Shown in pieces: positions 13,182 to 25,539 of a stretch of DNA of 64,000 nt. Position 1 is the first letter of the stretch, and every line of letters begins with the position of its first letter. Origin of the DNA: Octopus sinensis (lineage: Eukaryota); contig NC_043009.1 of the NCBI RefSeq assembly GCF_006345805.1, forward strand, positions 36,890,001 through 36,954,000, read 5' to 3'. The translations under genes and the position numbers were made by a program. Below the pieces are notes generated by a model. That model saw nothing but the letters and a program-made list of their open reading frames with translations. It ran no database searches and was not told the origin of the DNA.

Positions 13182-14779
13182 ATTTAATGTCCTTTGTTGT
13201 CATCACTATTATTGTTGTTGTTGTTACTGTAGCTATGATTGAAGACAGTCCATTGTGGTTGAAAAAAACTGAAAAACATTGAGGCTCCATTTTGGCCCCT
13301 TCTTGTTGTTTTTAGCTGCTTACAAGCAAGTTGTTGTTGTTGCTGGTGGTCGTGGACGTAGGTTTAATAGTGGTGGTGATGGTAGTGATGGGTTTAATGG
13401 TGGTGGTGGTAGTAGTGAGATGAAGTGGGAAAAAAAGGAGGGTTGTGATCTTCGTATGTTTTTCCCACCCTACCAACGGGATATTAACACATTAACATTG
13501 GGATCAATCATTAATTGAAACCATATTGAGGAAGATGTTTGCCTGGGATTGAAATCTTGCCCTACCAGAACAACTCTCAGATATTCCAACAGATAACAAC
13601 AAGAACAACAGTAAATCGTAATTTTTGTTGTTTTTGCTGACTTATCATGTTTCATGTTTAAAATGTAAGATAAAGTATCATTTATTTCTTGATTTTCATA
13701 TTGAAAATAAACAATTATCAGAGCCTGTTTTTGTCCTAAGAAAAAAAAAAAGAAAAAAGAAACAAACTTATATCTATATATATAAAAACACAAAAATGGA
13801 ATTCTCCGAATATCTGTCCTCTTGAAACCAAATCTAGTTAAGATCCATAAAGGAGGACTATTTCTAATGGTTTTATATACGCCTAGGGCCTTAAATCCCA
13901 AGGGAATTCTAAAAATGCCTTTAGGTTATTATATTTCTGCAATGGGTGGGGGTAATAAGTGATTTTATTAGATCAGGGGTATTCTTTTTCATTTCTTTTG
14001 AAAACTTTGTACAATGCTGGAGTCTATGTAGATTATTTCAATCTAATTGCAATATGAGTATCTCAAGTTCAATCTCAACAAAGGTGCTATTTTTATATTT
14101 CTAACAAAATTCGATACTGTTTTTATTATCTAAATATTTTCTTTATTAAGATCACTTTCTGGGTTAGAAATGTCCTTTTCACTTGCATTATAATCAGAAT
14201 GAACAATGGTGGAAACTTGTAGATACGGTGGAACGTCAGACATGTCATTTATAATGTTACGTTCCTTCATGTTCCGAGTTCAAATCCTGCCAGCGTCTAC
14301 TTTGTTGTTTATCTTTCAGAAATCGATAAAATAAATACCAGTTTAATATTTGTGTCGAATTAATCAATGAAATATCTCAAATTTATGATCATGTACATAT
14401 GTTAGAAAATGGAGCAAACGATTGAGTCTTCGAATCTCGTTGTATATGGCGGAATTGTAGAAATATTAAAGTACCGGAATAAATATCAAGTACAGCCGAA
14501 ATTTCCTAGTATATCTTCTGTGTGTTGTATTTTGTTTTCGAAAATCTACGTTGAATTCAAATCCTGCTCTGTTTATAAGCAAGAGATATAATTCCTAATA
14601 TCCCAGAATACCAAAGTATAAATAGACACCTTGAGATGAGGCTATATCTTACTGCTGTAGAATACAGATAAACTGGTATGTGATAAGTAAAGGCTTCATT
14701 AGTTGATAGTGTTCAGATGGCCTCCTCCAATAATAAGATTCCCATCGGAAGGGGAATTAACCCCGCTCACTATACTCAA

Positions 14780-15541
14780 AATTATTCAAAAAATTTTATC
14801 CTTTTGTTATAATATTCTTCTTAATAATCTTCTGAATAACTTTAAATTTTAACTTTATGCAATATGGCAATATTGTTTAAAATATTTAACTATAGTACCT
14901 CATGATAAAATTTCTCCTGTCATTATCAATGCTCTACTAGTGGCTTGCCCCTTTAATTGTCTGCTAACATCTTGATTTAAGATTTCCTTTACCATATCTC
15001 ATTATATTGCTTCAAATTAATCTTGATAGTTTTATGACAATACCCACTATGATTTCTGTCAACTCCCTCAGTCCCCTTCCTAAAGACACTGCTCCTTGTT
15101 CTTTGGCTTTAGATTTTGATATACAAAGATTTGATAAGCAAGACTATAAATTAAAACTGACCCCAAAATAACAGTGACAAGCTAGATCTTAAACAAGTCT
15201 TTTTTCCCGATACCTAAGTAGCTTCTAAGCTGAAGGGAAGACAGCATGTTTTTTGTCTATCTCCTTTACTTTCTTGGAGGTTTTAGGTAAAATTATACTA
15301 ATGTGTCCATCTGTTTTAATTTAAATTAATTCTATGTCTTTATGCATCTGGGGATTGCTATGCATTTAAATTGATGTAATGATTGCATTGTTCAATTAAA
15401 TGGAGTTGCTTGAAACGATTGTACTGCATTACCTCTGGATATCTTTATTGCTTATTTTAATCATCTTATTTTGAAATTGTATGGATAATACCTTACTAAA
15501 TTCTGGTGCCTCAACTGAAGTACCTAATTCATCTGAATCTA
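14780..15541. mobile_element. Unclassified interspersed repeat, family G
   Basis: End segment GATTGCATTGTTCAATTAAATGGAG...ATTCATCTGAATCT recurs at 51930-52198, 54648-54880 (reverse) and 55871-56018. The interior at 14860-14990 aligns loosely with 55388-55530. Confidence 0.8.
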
Positions 15542-15551
15542 AATTTTTGCT

Positions 15552-15583
<32 letters not shown>

Positions 15584-15805
15584 TGTATGTATGTATGTAT
15601 GTATGTACTTATGTGTGTGTGTGAAATTGATAATTAAATATAATTTACGATAAAAATCTGCGGTTTCATTTAGTCTCAAACACCAACGACTTCAGAGCAA
15701 AACACTCACACTACAGTCTGCGTGCATTTAGTGTCTCTGACCACCACTCACTCTCACTCCAGTTGTTTCTTTAATTTTCCGCTATATATATATATATATA
15801 TGTAT

Positions 15806-16155
15806 GTAGGCGCAGGCGTGGCTGAGCGTCAAGAAGCTGGCTTCCCAACCACATGGACCTCCGGCGACCAGGCAAAAAACATATATTGAGTATGTGCATT
15901 CGGTAATGTTTAAACACTAAACATGCCAAGCGTTGGTGGTGGGCAAACACAGACACAAAGATTGACAAACGCATAAATATACATATACATATATACACGA
16001 CAAGCTTTCAAGTTCCATCTACCAAATCCATTCACAACACTTTTGTTAGCCCGAGGCTTTTGTAGAAGACACTTGTCCAAGCTGCCACGCAGGACTGAAC
16101 CTAGAACCATGTGGTTAGGAAGCAAATATTTTACTACAGAGCCACGTTTGCGCCA
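15806..16155 (-). mobile_element. SINE family C: minus-strand copy (15905-16155) preceded by a plus-strand head (15806-15860)
   Basis: GGCGCAGGCGTGGCTG head on the plus strand. CCATCTACCAAATCC...GAAGACACTTGTCCAAG...CCATGTGG on the minus strand. Confidence 0.8.
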
Positions 16156-16483
16156 ATGCCGACAAAAATATTCTTCTGAAATTCTACAACGTCCTTTTCG
16201 AAGCTAAAGAAGTTATTTGAGAGAATTTTTTCTTATATATATGAAGAACTTGGAGGACATCGTTCAGTTACCGCCAGTTCTGCTTTTCAAATTTATGTTT
16301 CAGACATTTTCCACCATTATTCGTCACTAAAATTATCTTCAGCAATTAATACTAATTAGACGCCTTCTCAAATTTCTAGAAATGCCTATTTATCGAACAA
16401 ACTTATTAAAACATGTAAACAAGAAAGATAATCCTCAGACATGCTACGTACACGAGTGTTGTGTATCTTATAAATGTACATGC

Positions 16484-16520
<37 letters not shown>

Positions 16521-16705
16521 TATATATATATAATAATATATATATATATATTATATATATATAATATATATATAAATATATATATATATATAATAATATA
16601 TATATATATATAAATATATATATATAATAAATATATATATATAATAATATATATATATATAAATATATATAAATATATATATATAAATATATATATATTA
16701 TATAT

Positions 16706-16780
<75 letters not shown>

Positions 16781-17348
16781 CATACACACATCTCCGAAAA
16801 CACTGGTTATAGTCTTACTGAGAATAATTTTAGGAAATAAAGATACTCCAGTCAGAAGGAAGTAGAAACCACATCTTGCGGCAGTTTGCCAACTGCGTCT
16901 CGAATGACATTTAACCAATTCCATTTAATTGATTCTACCGTCGTCCGTCTTAAACGATTATCTCAGCTTTCACACGGGTTAGTAGCAGCAAAGAGAACTC
17001 ATTATACTAGGTTTGCATTTGAATTTTACATGAGTTAAATTGGTGTAGCGGATTTCATGTAGTGAGTAAAGTAAATCTAATTAATTAAGTACATGAAGAG
17101 GAATACACATTAATGAGAAGAAACAAACTGCCAATGGGTAGGAGATATAAGGAGTTGGAGTGAATAAACACTGGTGGAACTGGAGAAAAAACTCTGAGTA
17201 TAACCCCTGCATAAAAGCGAGCAGTTAAGTGATTGTTGACTTATCTATATCATCTTAGTAATCTTTTAGCATCGTAGTTTAGAAGTTACATAAAATAGAA
17301 AATACTGGATATGTTTAGGAAATTTACTAACTAGAAGTAAATTTAGTT

Positions 17349-17638
17349 CTGAGTCATAACATCGACGACAAAGTGGATCATAACATGAAAACTAAAGTGG
17401 GTCTTAACATCAAAGTCACGCTGAGTCTTAACATTTAAAGTACGGTGGGTCATAACAGCAGAAACACGATGGATCATATAAACAATAAGAATCTTGCGGA
17501 ATAACATCAAAGCTAAGGTATAGGTCATAACATCAAAGCTGGGTCATAGCGTCAAAGCCAAGCTGTGTCATAACAGAGAGTTAAGTTGGCTGATAACATT
17601 GAAGACAAGCTGGATTATAACATCAAGGCGAGATTAGA
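17349..17638. repeat. Degenerate 24-bp tandem repeat, about 11-12 units
   Basis: Consensus approximately CTGGGTCATAACATCAAAGCTAAG. (G/T)CATAACAT recurs at ~24-bp spacing. Confidence 0.8.
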
Positions 17639-18401
17639 ATTACACTACCAAACGTTTTCTCGCTTTATTGGCTCCAATTTAAGAGTTGATATGACTGCTG
17701 TTTCTAGCTGGTCGAGTTGATAGCAAGGTTGTTTGTAACTCTTCCAGGATATAAAATTATTCTCCTATATCTATATTTTTAAATTGAAATATTTTTGTTT
17801 CTCAGTGGATGGCTAGGGTTAAAATAAAACCTGCCCAGTTTTAAAAGAAAAAAAAGAAGTTAACTGAAGTGACAGCTGTCCGAACTTCTAAATTGGAGTC
17901 AATGGTTAAAAACCGATAAGAAAAGCAGACACAAAACAAAAAGCACAGCTTGAGAAAGTTGCAGTTTTTCTGTTCAATAATTCACACAACACATGCATGT
18001 ATGTCCATTAATATACATTGCTTCAGAGGGCAAATACTACAAATATTATCTTGTCAGAAGTATTTTAATACACATGCATATACAATGAATGTGCACAAGA
18101 CAACAAGGTAGCCATGATGTGGTCATTCCATTTGCGAGAAATAGCAGGCTAGTCTCCCTCAAACCACACACACACCGTCTTCAAAAAAAGAAAGACACAA
18201 TTGGTCCAGGATATAGAAAACTACACTTGTGATCACAGGTCTGTTTGATCAGAACTGACCTGGGATTAAACATCAAGAGCATACATGACATCATGCATAC
18301 ACTGAATGCTACATACATACATGCATACATGCATACATGCATGCATACATACAAACATACATACATACATACATACATACATACATACATACATACATAC
18401 A

Positions 18402-18432
<31 letters not shown>

Positions 18433-18575
18433 TTATATACATTCATTCATTCCACTGCAACATAAATTATATAATAATGGTTTAAAATTTTGGCACAAGG
18501 CCAGCCCAGCAACTTCATGCGAAATGCCGCCAAGCATTTTGTCCGGCATGCTAACGATTTCGTCAGCTCGACGCT

Positions 18576-18626
<51 letters not shown>

Positions 18627-18674
18627 GTAATAATAATAATAATAATAATGATAATAATAATAATAATAATAATA

Positions 18675-18714
<40 letters not shown>

Positions 18715-18736
18715 TAATAATAATAATAATAATAAT

Positions 18737-19071
18737 GGGGAACATCATAGCCATGTGTTGAGAGGGATTCTTTGGGGTTTGAATAATTCCCCTCTGGAAA
18801 CATGGGTGGTTCTTTCAACATCCTTAAACAACCCTTATTCAGGGACCTTTTGAGCGGGATGGGCTACTCAACCTGAAGAAAATTCTAACTGGGCCCCACC
18901 TGCAAGGTCATGTGCTGTTTATCTTGATATGAGATCACCATGTCGCGCACATATGGTTGTGATGCATGTGCCTGGTGTACCCTTATCAGACGGGTAGTCA
19001 TGATGGGTATATTGGGCTTCGTATATTTTACCCCAGTGTCACTTTGATGGCATGCACTGCTCTCTCACTCA
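18737..19071 (+). mobile_element. Non-coding retroposon-like element embedded in (TAA)n, 5'-truncated copy
   Basis: Reverse-complement match to 40203-40530 and direct match to 62200-62385. Flanked by (AAT)n at 18577-18736 and 19071-19096. Confidence 0.85.
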
Positions 19072-19448
19072 ATAATAATAATAATAATAATAATAATGTT
19101 GTGACAAAAGGCGAGAAGTTTTGCGAGAAGGAGTTTAGTCGTAGACGTCGATCCTAGTATTTTATTAATACTTTATTTTACCGTTCCTGCAGGAATGAAA
19201 CCAAACTTGACGTGGGTGAGGTTTGAATTCCGTATCGGTTAAAATACCACGAAGCAAATCTAACGCTTCTGCCAATTTCTGACTGAAATGTACCTTATGT
19301 GGAAATTAAGGCAGTCGACGAAGCAATAAGCAACGACAAAAAACAAAAAAACAAAAAAAAACTATTTTTGCACCCTTAACTCAGTCCACAATTGCCGTAG
19401 GCTGGAATTTTAAGACGAGAATGTTGCATAGTGGTATTTGAGTATTTA

Positions 19449-19679
19449 AGGCGGCGAGCTGGCAGAAACGTTAGCACGCCGGGCGAAATGCTTAGCGGTA
19501 TTTCGTCTGCATTACGTTGTGAGTTCAAATTCCGCCGAGGTTGACTTTGCCTTTCATCCTTTCGAGGTCGATAAATTAAGTACCAGTTACGCACTGGGGT
19601 CGATGTAATCGACTTAATACCTATGTCTGTCCTTGTTTGTCCCCTCTGTGTTTAGCCCCTTGTGGGTAATAAAGAAATA
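19449..19679 (+). mobile_element. SINE family B monomer (tail 1)
   Basis: Head GGCGGCGAGCTGGCAGAAACGTTAGCACGCCGGGCG, B-box-like GAGTTCAAATTCC, tail GTGGGTAATAAAGAAATA. TSD GGTATTTGAG(T/A)ATTTA at 19433 and 19680. Confidence 0.92.
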
Positions 19680-20131
19680 GGTATTTGAGAATTTAAAGCT
19701 TGGAGTGAAAGAGGAAGAGAGGGAGAGAGAGTGAGTGAAAGAGAGAAAAGGAGATAGAGAGAGTGTATATGTGTGAGTTGGAGAGACAGAGAGACATACA
19801 GACAAAGAGAAGAGTGATGGCACGGGTGGCGGTAGTGGTTTGTGTAAACATATTCACTTGCACCGCGTATATCTGAAAAAAATTCAAAATCAATAAGATT
19901 GATTTCAACTCCAAAAACTTAAAGTAGTTTAACAATTTCTGTAAATTTCTTTTAAATATTCGATCGAACTTAACTTATTCCCAGCAAGTGCAATGAAAAA
20001 AACCTATTGACTTTAATAAGTTGAATACCCATGTAGAAATGGTAGGTTGTGGTCTTTCTACGTTTCACCTCTTAGTTTCCTTTTACTCAATTTTCTCTTG
20101 TGAGTGTTGTAAAATCGAAGTTAAGATGCTG

Positions 20132-20173
20132 CCAGATGGATACCAGATAGATACCAGATGGATACCAGATGGA
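20132..20173. repeat. 11-bp tandem repeat (CCAGATGGATA), about 4 units
   Basis: Directly visible. Confidence 0.85.
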
Positions 20174-20451
20174 AACTAATTGTATACTTAAGGGTGATAA
20201 GGCCATTCAGGAAAGTTTAGAATCTTATTTTCTTGTTATGTAAAATTGTAACTCTCTTCCAAAAGTTGAAATTACTCCGAGGTCGACTTTGACGTTCATC
20301 CTTTCGGGATCGATAAAATATACCAGTTGAGCAGTGGTGGGGTAGCGTTGTCTGCAATCGATTTAACCCTCCATAAGTTGCTGGCCTTGCGCCAAAATTT
20401 GAAGCCATTATATAATGTAATTTCCATATGCCATCGAACAAGCTGTTAGAG

Positions 20452-20640
20452 CAGAGGTTCTCAACCATCTTTTACCTATGGACCCCTTTGCTTCTTAATT
20501 TACTCTGGTGGACCCTCATAGACATTTGATCTTTTAAAAAATCCTATTATATCTTTATTATCAAATATCATAAGGAACTGAATTGTATTTTAAAAAATTG
20601 TTGAAAATATTCCGTGTATTTTAGAAATATAAGCAACTTA
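20452..20640 (+). mobile_element. Possible hAT/Charlie-type MITE left end
   Basis: Begins CAGAGGTTCTCAACC...TGGACCCC, resembling Charlie-like termini. No right TIR found. Confidence 0.4.
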
Positions 20641-20747
20641 TTATCTTAGAATGGCTCCCTTAATGTAGGGGCTGGGCAATATTGAACCCTGCCTAGGATG
20701 TTTCATTGCTGTCTGCATACACCTTTACCTACAAGACCACCAGGACA

Positions 20748-20867
20748 GCCTACTACCATATCACGTTTGAATGCAGCGGTTCTCATCCGATCACTGAGGT
20801 TAAGTAATGTCTAGCCTAGTTAGTACTTAGATGGGTGATTGCTTGAGAAACCGGGGTGCAGTAAGCG
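20748..20867 (+). pseudogene. 5S rRNA pseudogene, full length and diverged
   Basis: GCCTACTACCATATCACGTTTGAATGCAGCGGTTCTCATCCGATCACTGAGGTTAAGTAATGTCTAGCCTAGTTAGTACTTAGATGGGTGATTGCTTGAGAAACCGGGGTGCAGTAAGC aligns end to end with the metazoan 5S consensus. Many C>T and G>A changes, single copy, no oligo-T terminator. Confidence 0.92.
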
Positions 20868-20879
20868 TCTTACAATTTA

Positions 20880-21232
20880 CTATCTTTTACTTGTTTCAGT
20901 CATTAAATTGTGGCCTTGCTGGGGCACCGCCTTAAAGAATATTTTGTTGCATCTATTAACCACAATACTTATTTTTAAAGCCTAGTACTTATACTATCGG
21001 TCTGTTTTGCCTAATCCCTAATTTACAGTTAAGCAGTGGTGGTTGTGTGTGTAAGTGGGTGGGGGCAAACACACACACACACGACGGGCTTCTTTCAGTT
21101 TCCGTCTACCTAAAATCCACTCACAAGACTTTGGTCGGGCTGAGGCTATAGTAGTAGACATTTGCCCAAATGCTGAACCGTGAACTATGTGGTTGGGAAG
21201 CAAGCTTCTTACCACACAGCCACGCTTGCTCC
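20880..21232 (-). mobile_element. SINE family C
   Basis: TCTTTTACTTGTTTCAGTCATT...CGACGGGCTTCTTTCAGTTTCCGTCTACC...CCACACAGCCACGC. Confidence 0.85.
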
Positions 21233-21659
21233 TAAATTTAAATAAAATGTCTTATATGGAACCCTGTCGAAAAAACTTGGGCCCATATATGGGACGGTAA
21301 GTGCTCTGTCGACCGGTCAAGTGTATGCGGAAGTGTGTTCTTGGTTTTAAAACTGATGACGAATCAAGAATCAGGTGAAGGTGATACATATGTGCAGGGT
21401 TTAATGTCTCGATCTACGGAGATGAAACATGGGGATTAGGATTGATGACACTCTTCACCCGATAACCATCAGTTCAACATTGTCACAGGCTCTTTCGAAA
21501 GTACCAGGAGTTGGCGGTGGGCTGAGTTCTGGGCATTTTGATTCCACATCCTAGTTGTCTTATCACCTCTGTGAATGTGAGATATCAATATTCCTTTTAT
21601 TTGAATGTATATGTATGCATGAATTTATGTACGATGCATGTACGTACATATTAGTTACA

Positions 21660-21875
21660 AATTTTGGCATACGACCAGCAATTTCCGGGGTGGGGAAGGG
21701 GGGGTTAACTGATTACATCGACCCCAGTGCTTGACTGAAACTCATTTTATCGACTCGGAAAGGATCAAAGGTAGAGGTGACTTCAGCGAAATTTGAACTC
21801 AGAACGGGAAGACGGGCGAAATGCTGCTAAGCATTTTGCCCGGTGTACTAACAATTCTTCCTGCTCGTCGTCTTC
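21660..21875 (-). mobile_element. SINE family B (tail 2 type), degenerate
   Basis: GATTACATCGACCCCAGTGC...GAATTTGAACTCAGAACG...TTTTGCCCGGTGTACTAAC. Confidence 0.8.
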
Positions 21876-22240
21876 GTGTATGTATAAATTGATGTGCGTG
21901 TATGTATATATTGTATATATGTATATATCTGTTCGTGTGTGTAATTAATAAATCTGCTTGTATGTGTTCATATCTTTCATATGTTTTGATATACAGCACA
22001 TCGTTTGCTCCATTTTCTGTCTGTCTCTCTGCCTATCTATCTATTTTTACCCCGCCTTATTTTGCTGTCTACAAGTCCCAAACGCTTTCGATCCCTTTTG
22101 AACGTATTTTTTCTTACTTTCTTTCTTTCGAAAAGAAAAGAAAAGAAATGAAATGAAAAGTTCTACATTGTATTTTCCCCTCTGTGATCGGCCCTGCGTG
22201 GCTAATATAGAAAGATATCCATCCATCCATCCATCCATCC

Positions 22241-22378
<138 letters not shown>

Positions 22379-23784
22379 TAATCACAGTATACAATATTAT
22401 AGATTCATTCCAGCCGATTTTACCTGGGTACTGGATGAGCAGATATTAGATAGTGTGTGTATGTGTGTGTGTGTGTGTAATGTATATATAAGCAACTCCG
22501 TAGCAAACACAGCAAAATTTATTATTAGTTGTATTAACAAAGGGCAGTAGATGGACGAATATTAAAAGTATTTAGTTGCATATTGTGCGGTTTAGTGAAA
22601 AAGTGGTGAAATGACAGACAATGTAATAGCGGACTAAAGGCTTCTGGGATCAAACTTTGTTGAGGCTGACTTTGCCCATCATTGTTCAGCCAACGACGAA
22701 AATCCTGCCATGGATCCACATTAAATCCATTATTCATGAGCCTCACTAAATAATGTGTAGCCTCTTGCCAAGTATAAGTAAACAACAGCGATATCAGCAA
22801 GAACAACAACGACAACACACCAACAGCATAACGATCCAAGGCGGAAACTACGAGCTAATATGAGAAATGCTGCGTCTTCCCTCAATCTGCTAGAAATAGC
22901 AACTAAATCGCACTTAGATTACCACTTGTATGAGGACAGGAGACAGACATCAGCAACAACAATTAGCCCTTTAGGTCATAGTTGACTGGATTGGACACCA
23001 CCACAACAACAATGACAATACTAGCAGAACCCCCATCATTAATAACGATAAATATAATACTACGACAAAAACTATAGCAATACCATACCGTATCTAAATC
23101 ATTGATTCTAACTTGTATACAATAATAAACGATACATTTAGGAGCGAGAAGGAGGTTCTGATCCTATTCAATAAACTTCCGGTGTATTGTTTGCCAAAAT
23201 GATATTACTCTCAGACGGGGAGGGGAAATAACTAAATACCACAAGATGTGTTTTCTCTCCTTCCACTACACCCCACAATTCGTAAATACAGCACCCTCGC
23301 TCGTGTCATATAAGACAATCATGTTAAATTGTACATTGTAAAATGTACATCTTTATGGCTATTTTTCTATTACCACCATCTTGTTATTAGCTGTCACCTG
23401 AAATCGATTTTCAGGTTTAATAGCGCAGGGCGACGTATTGTTCTGGTTTGTAGACACAAACCGGAATCAAACACCTTTGCAAGCTGACTCATTTTCTCCT
23501 CTCCTCTCCTCCCTTTCACTTCTTCACTCAGTTGTCTGGCTTTAAGTAGTGATGAGGGTGGTTGAGTGATAATCAAATTTAAATAATATTGTTGTTGTTT
23601 GTGGTACTGTTAGTCGTTGTTGTTCACAATTTGTGGCGACGACAAAAGACTTGCTCAGCTTCTTCTCTCTAGTATGGTCTGTTTCTGTTTCTCACCAGAA
23701 AGGTACAAGTTTGTCACCATCGTTTCCAGCATTGTGATCTAATGGCAGGACCTCTTTTTCTGTTTGACTGTCTATCTGTCTGCG

Positions 23785-23865
<81 letters not shown>

Positions 23866-23899
23866 ATATATCAACTCGACTCCGTCGATCACGAATGAT

Positions 23900-24195
23900 C
23901 ATGGGTTCCCCTCTGGGATACAAGTCTGGGCAGAAAGTCGCCTCATCGGTAAACGCACAATCTAGGGTTGTTTTTATGGAAGACAACAGTCGCCCATGCA
24001 TACCAGCCTCCCCTCTCCACGCCACCGATGGTATTCAAGGGAAAGGCAAAAGCTGATACAGCTTGGCACCAGTGATGTCGTAACTCATTTCTATAGCTGA
24101 GTGAACTGGAGTGAGGTGAAATAAAGTGTCTTGCTCAAGATAAGAGCACAACACGCAGCCCATTCAGGGAATCGAACTCACAACCTCACGATCGT
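23900..24195 (-). mobile_element. SINE family E (tRNA-like head remnant plus CORE-like motif)
   Basis: Minus strand GAGTTCGATTCCC...CTTGAGCAAGACACTTTATTTCAC...AGAAATGAGTTAC, followed by a distinct tail. Confidence 0.7.
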
Positions 24196-25375
24196 ATCCT
24201 CGACGTCGTGTATTGGAAGGTAGTACCTTGACATTTTCAGGCAATGCTGCTGATCACGTGTGATGTCTTCTACAGAAAAGTGACAGAATAGACATTTTCA
24301 GTTGCATCTCGGGGCTCTAAGGACTTCATTTACTCTTTTGTATCATGTATTTTCTAGCGAGTGGAGGCGCAATGGCCCAGTGGTCAGGGCAGCGGACTCG
24401 CGGTCACATGATCACGGTTTCGATTCCCAGACCGGGCGTTGTGAGTGTGTATTGAGCGAAAACACCTATAAAGCTCCACGAGGCTCCGGTAGGGGATGGT
24501 GGTGATCCCTGCTGTACTCTTTCACCACAACTTTCTCTCACTCTTACTTCCTGTTTCTGTTGTACCTGTATTTCAAGGGGCCGGCCTTGTCACTCTCTGT
24601 GTCACGCTGAATATCCCCGAGAACTACGTTAAGGGTGCACGTGTCTGTGGAGTGCTCAGCCACTTACACGTTGATTTCACGAGCAGGCTGTTCCGTTGGT
24701 CGTTACCGACGGAGTGCTTCCATCCATCATTTTCTAGCTATCTCCTTTTCTTGGATTGAAATTGCATATCCTTTGAAATGTGATATGATGCAGCGATCAC
24801 GAGTCCAAGAGTGGGAACACTTCATGTCAATACAACTGTCGTCTTCAAGGCTGCGGGAAACGCTCACATGCATTGTATTTTCTCCTTCTTTTTCTTTTGG
24901 TGTGTTGAGCGTTTCACATCTAGGTCTTCTTTGAAGTATGTTAGTCCAGCTGCTTTGAGGTTGTCATAAAGAGAGTGCATCTTGAGGAGCTCCCATCCAA
25001 CACGCAGGATGTCGTTCTCTTCGCTTTTCAACACTAAGTTAAGTATTTATTTTTGCAGCTGTTGTTTAGTAGTGCTGTCTGAGAAAAGCTCCACGACACT
25101 CGAAAACTCTCTGACCTGATCTCAAGCCTCAACCTCCTTCGGCTCTTCTTAGATAGGGTTTGTCGATAACACTGTTTCCGTGGAAGTTTTCAACTGATAT
25201 CAGGATCTTGTGGGCTTCTATGTCTACGGAGTGAATTTCCTTTACAGCATCCCAAATGTTGGTATAGGCTCTGGTACTGAAATTACATTGTGGGATATAG
25301 CTTTGTAAAAGGAGAGTTCCGACTACCGTATTTTTCTAAGCCTGATGCGATATTCTTTATTCACGGTACCTTCCT
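24196..25375 (-). mobile_element. RLE-type (R4/Dong-like) LINE remnant, thumb to CCHC knuckle, split by a family A SINE
   Basis: Minus frames read KEYRIRLRKIR*SELS..AISHNVISVP..PTFG, FHGNSVIDKPYLRRAEGG*GL and SHFKGYAISIQEKEIARK. After the SINE it continues KCLFCHFSVEDITH...RYYLP. Confidence 0.82.
24361..24728 (+). mobile_element. SINE family A inserted into the LINE remnant
   Basis: Family A head and tail. TSD ATTTTCTAGC at 24349-24358 and 24729-24738. Confidence 0.92.
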
Positions 25376-25539
25376 ATGGTGTGCATACATGCATGCATAC
25401 CTGCATACATGTATGTATGTATGTATGTATGTATGTATGTATGTATGTATGTATGTATGTATGTATGTATGTATGTATGTATGTGTGTATGTATGTATAC
25501 ATGTTCTATATCTCTTTCTCACTTTAGAGTAAATTTCGA

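Noticed and set aside
13279-13901. ORFs 13279-13518 (+) and 13470-13901 (-)
   Set aside because: Low-complexity GGT/GTT and poly-T driven, with no domain signature.
16485-16785. Interruptions such as TTA/AAT inside long (TA)n tracts as a higher-order pattern
   Set aside because: Irregular single-base dropouts, consistent with slippage or long-read consensus error.
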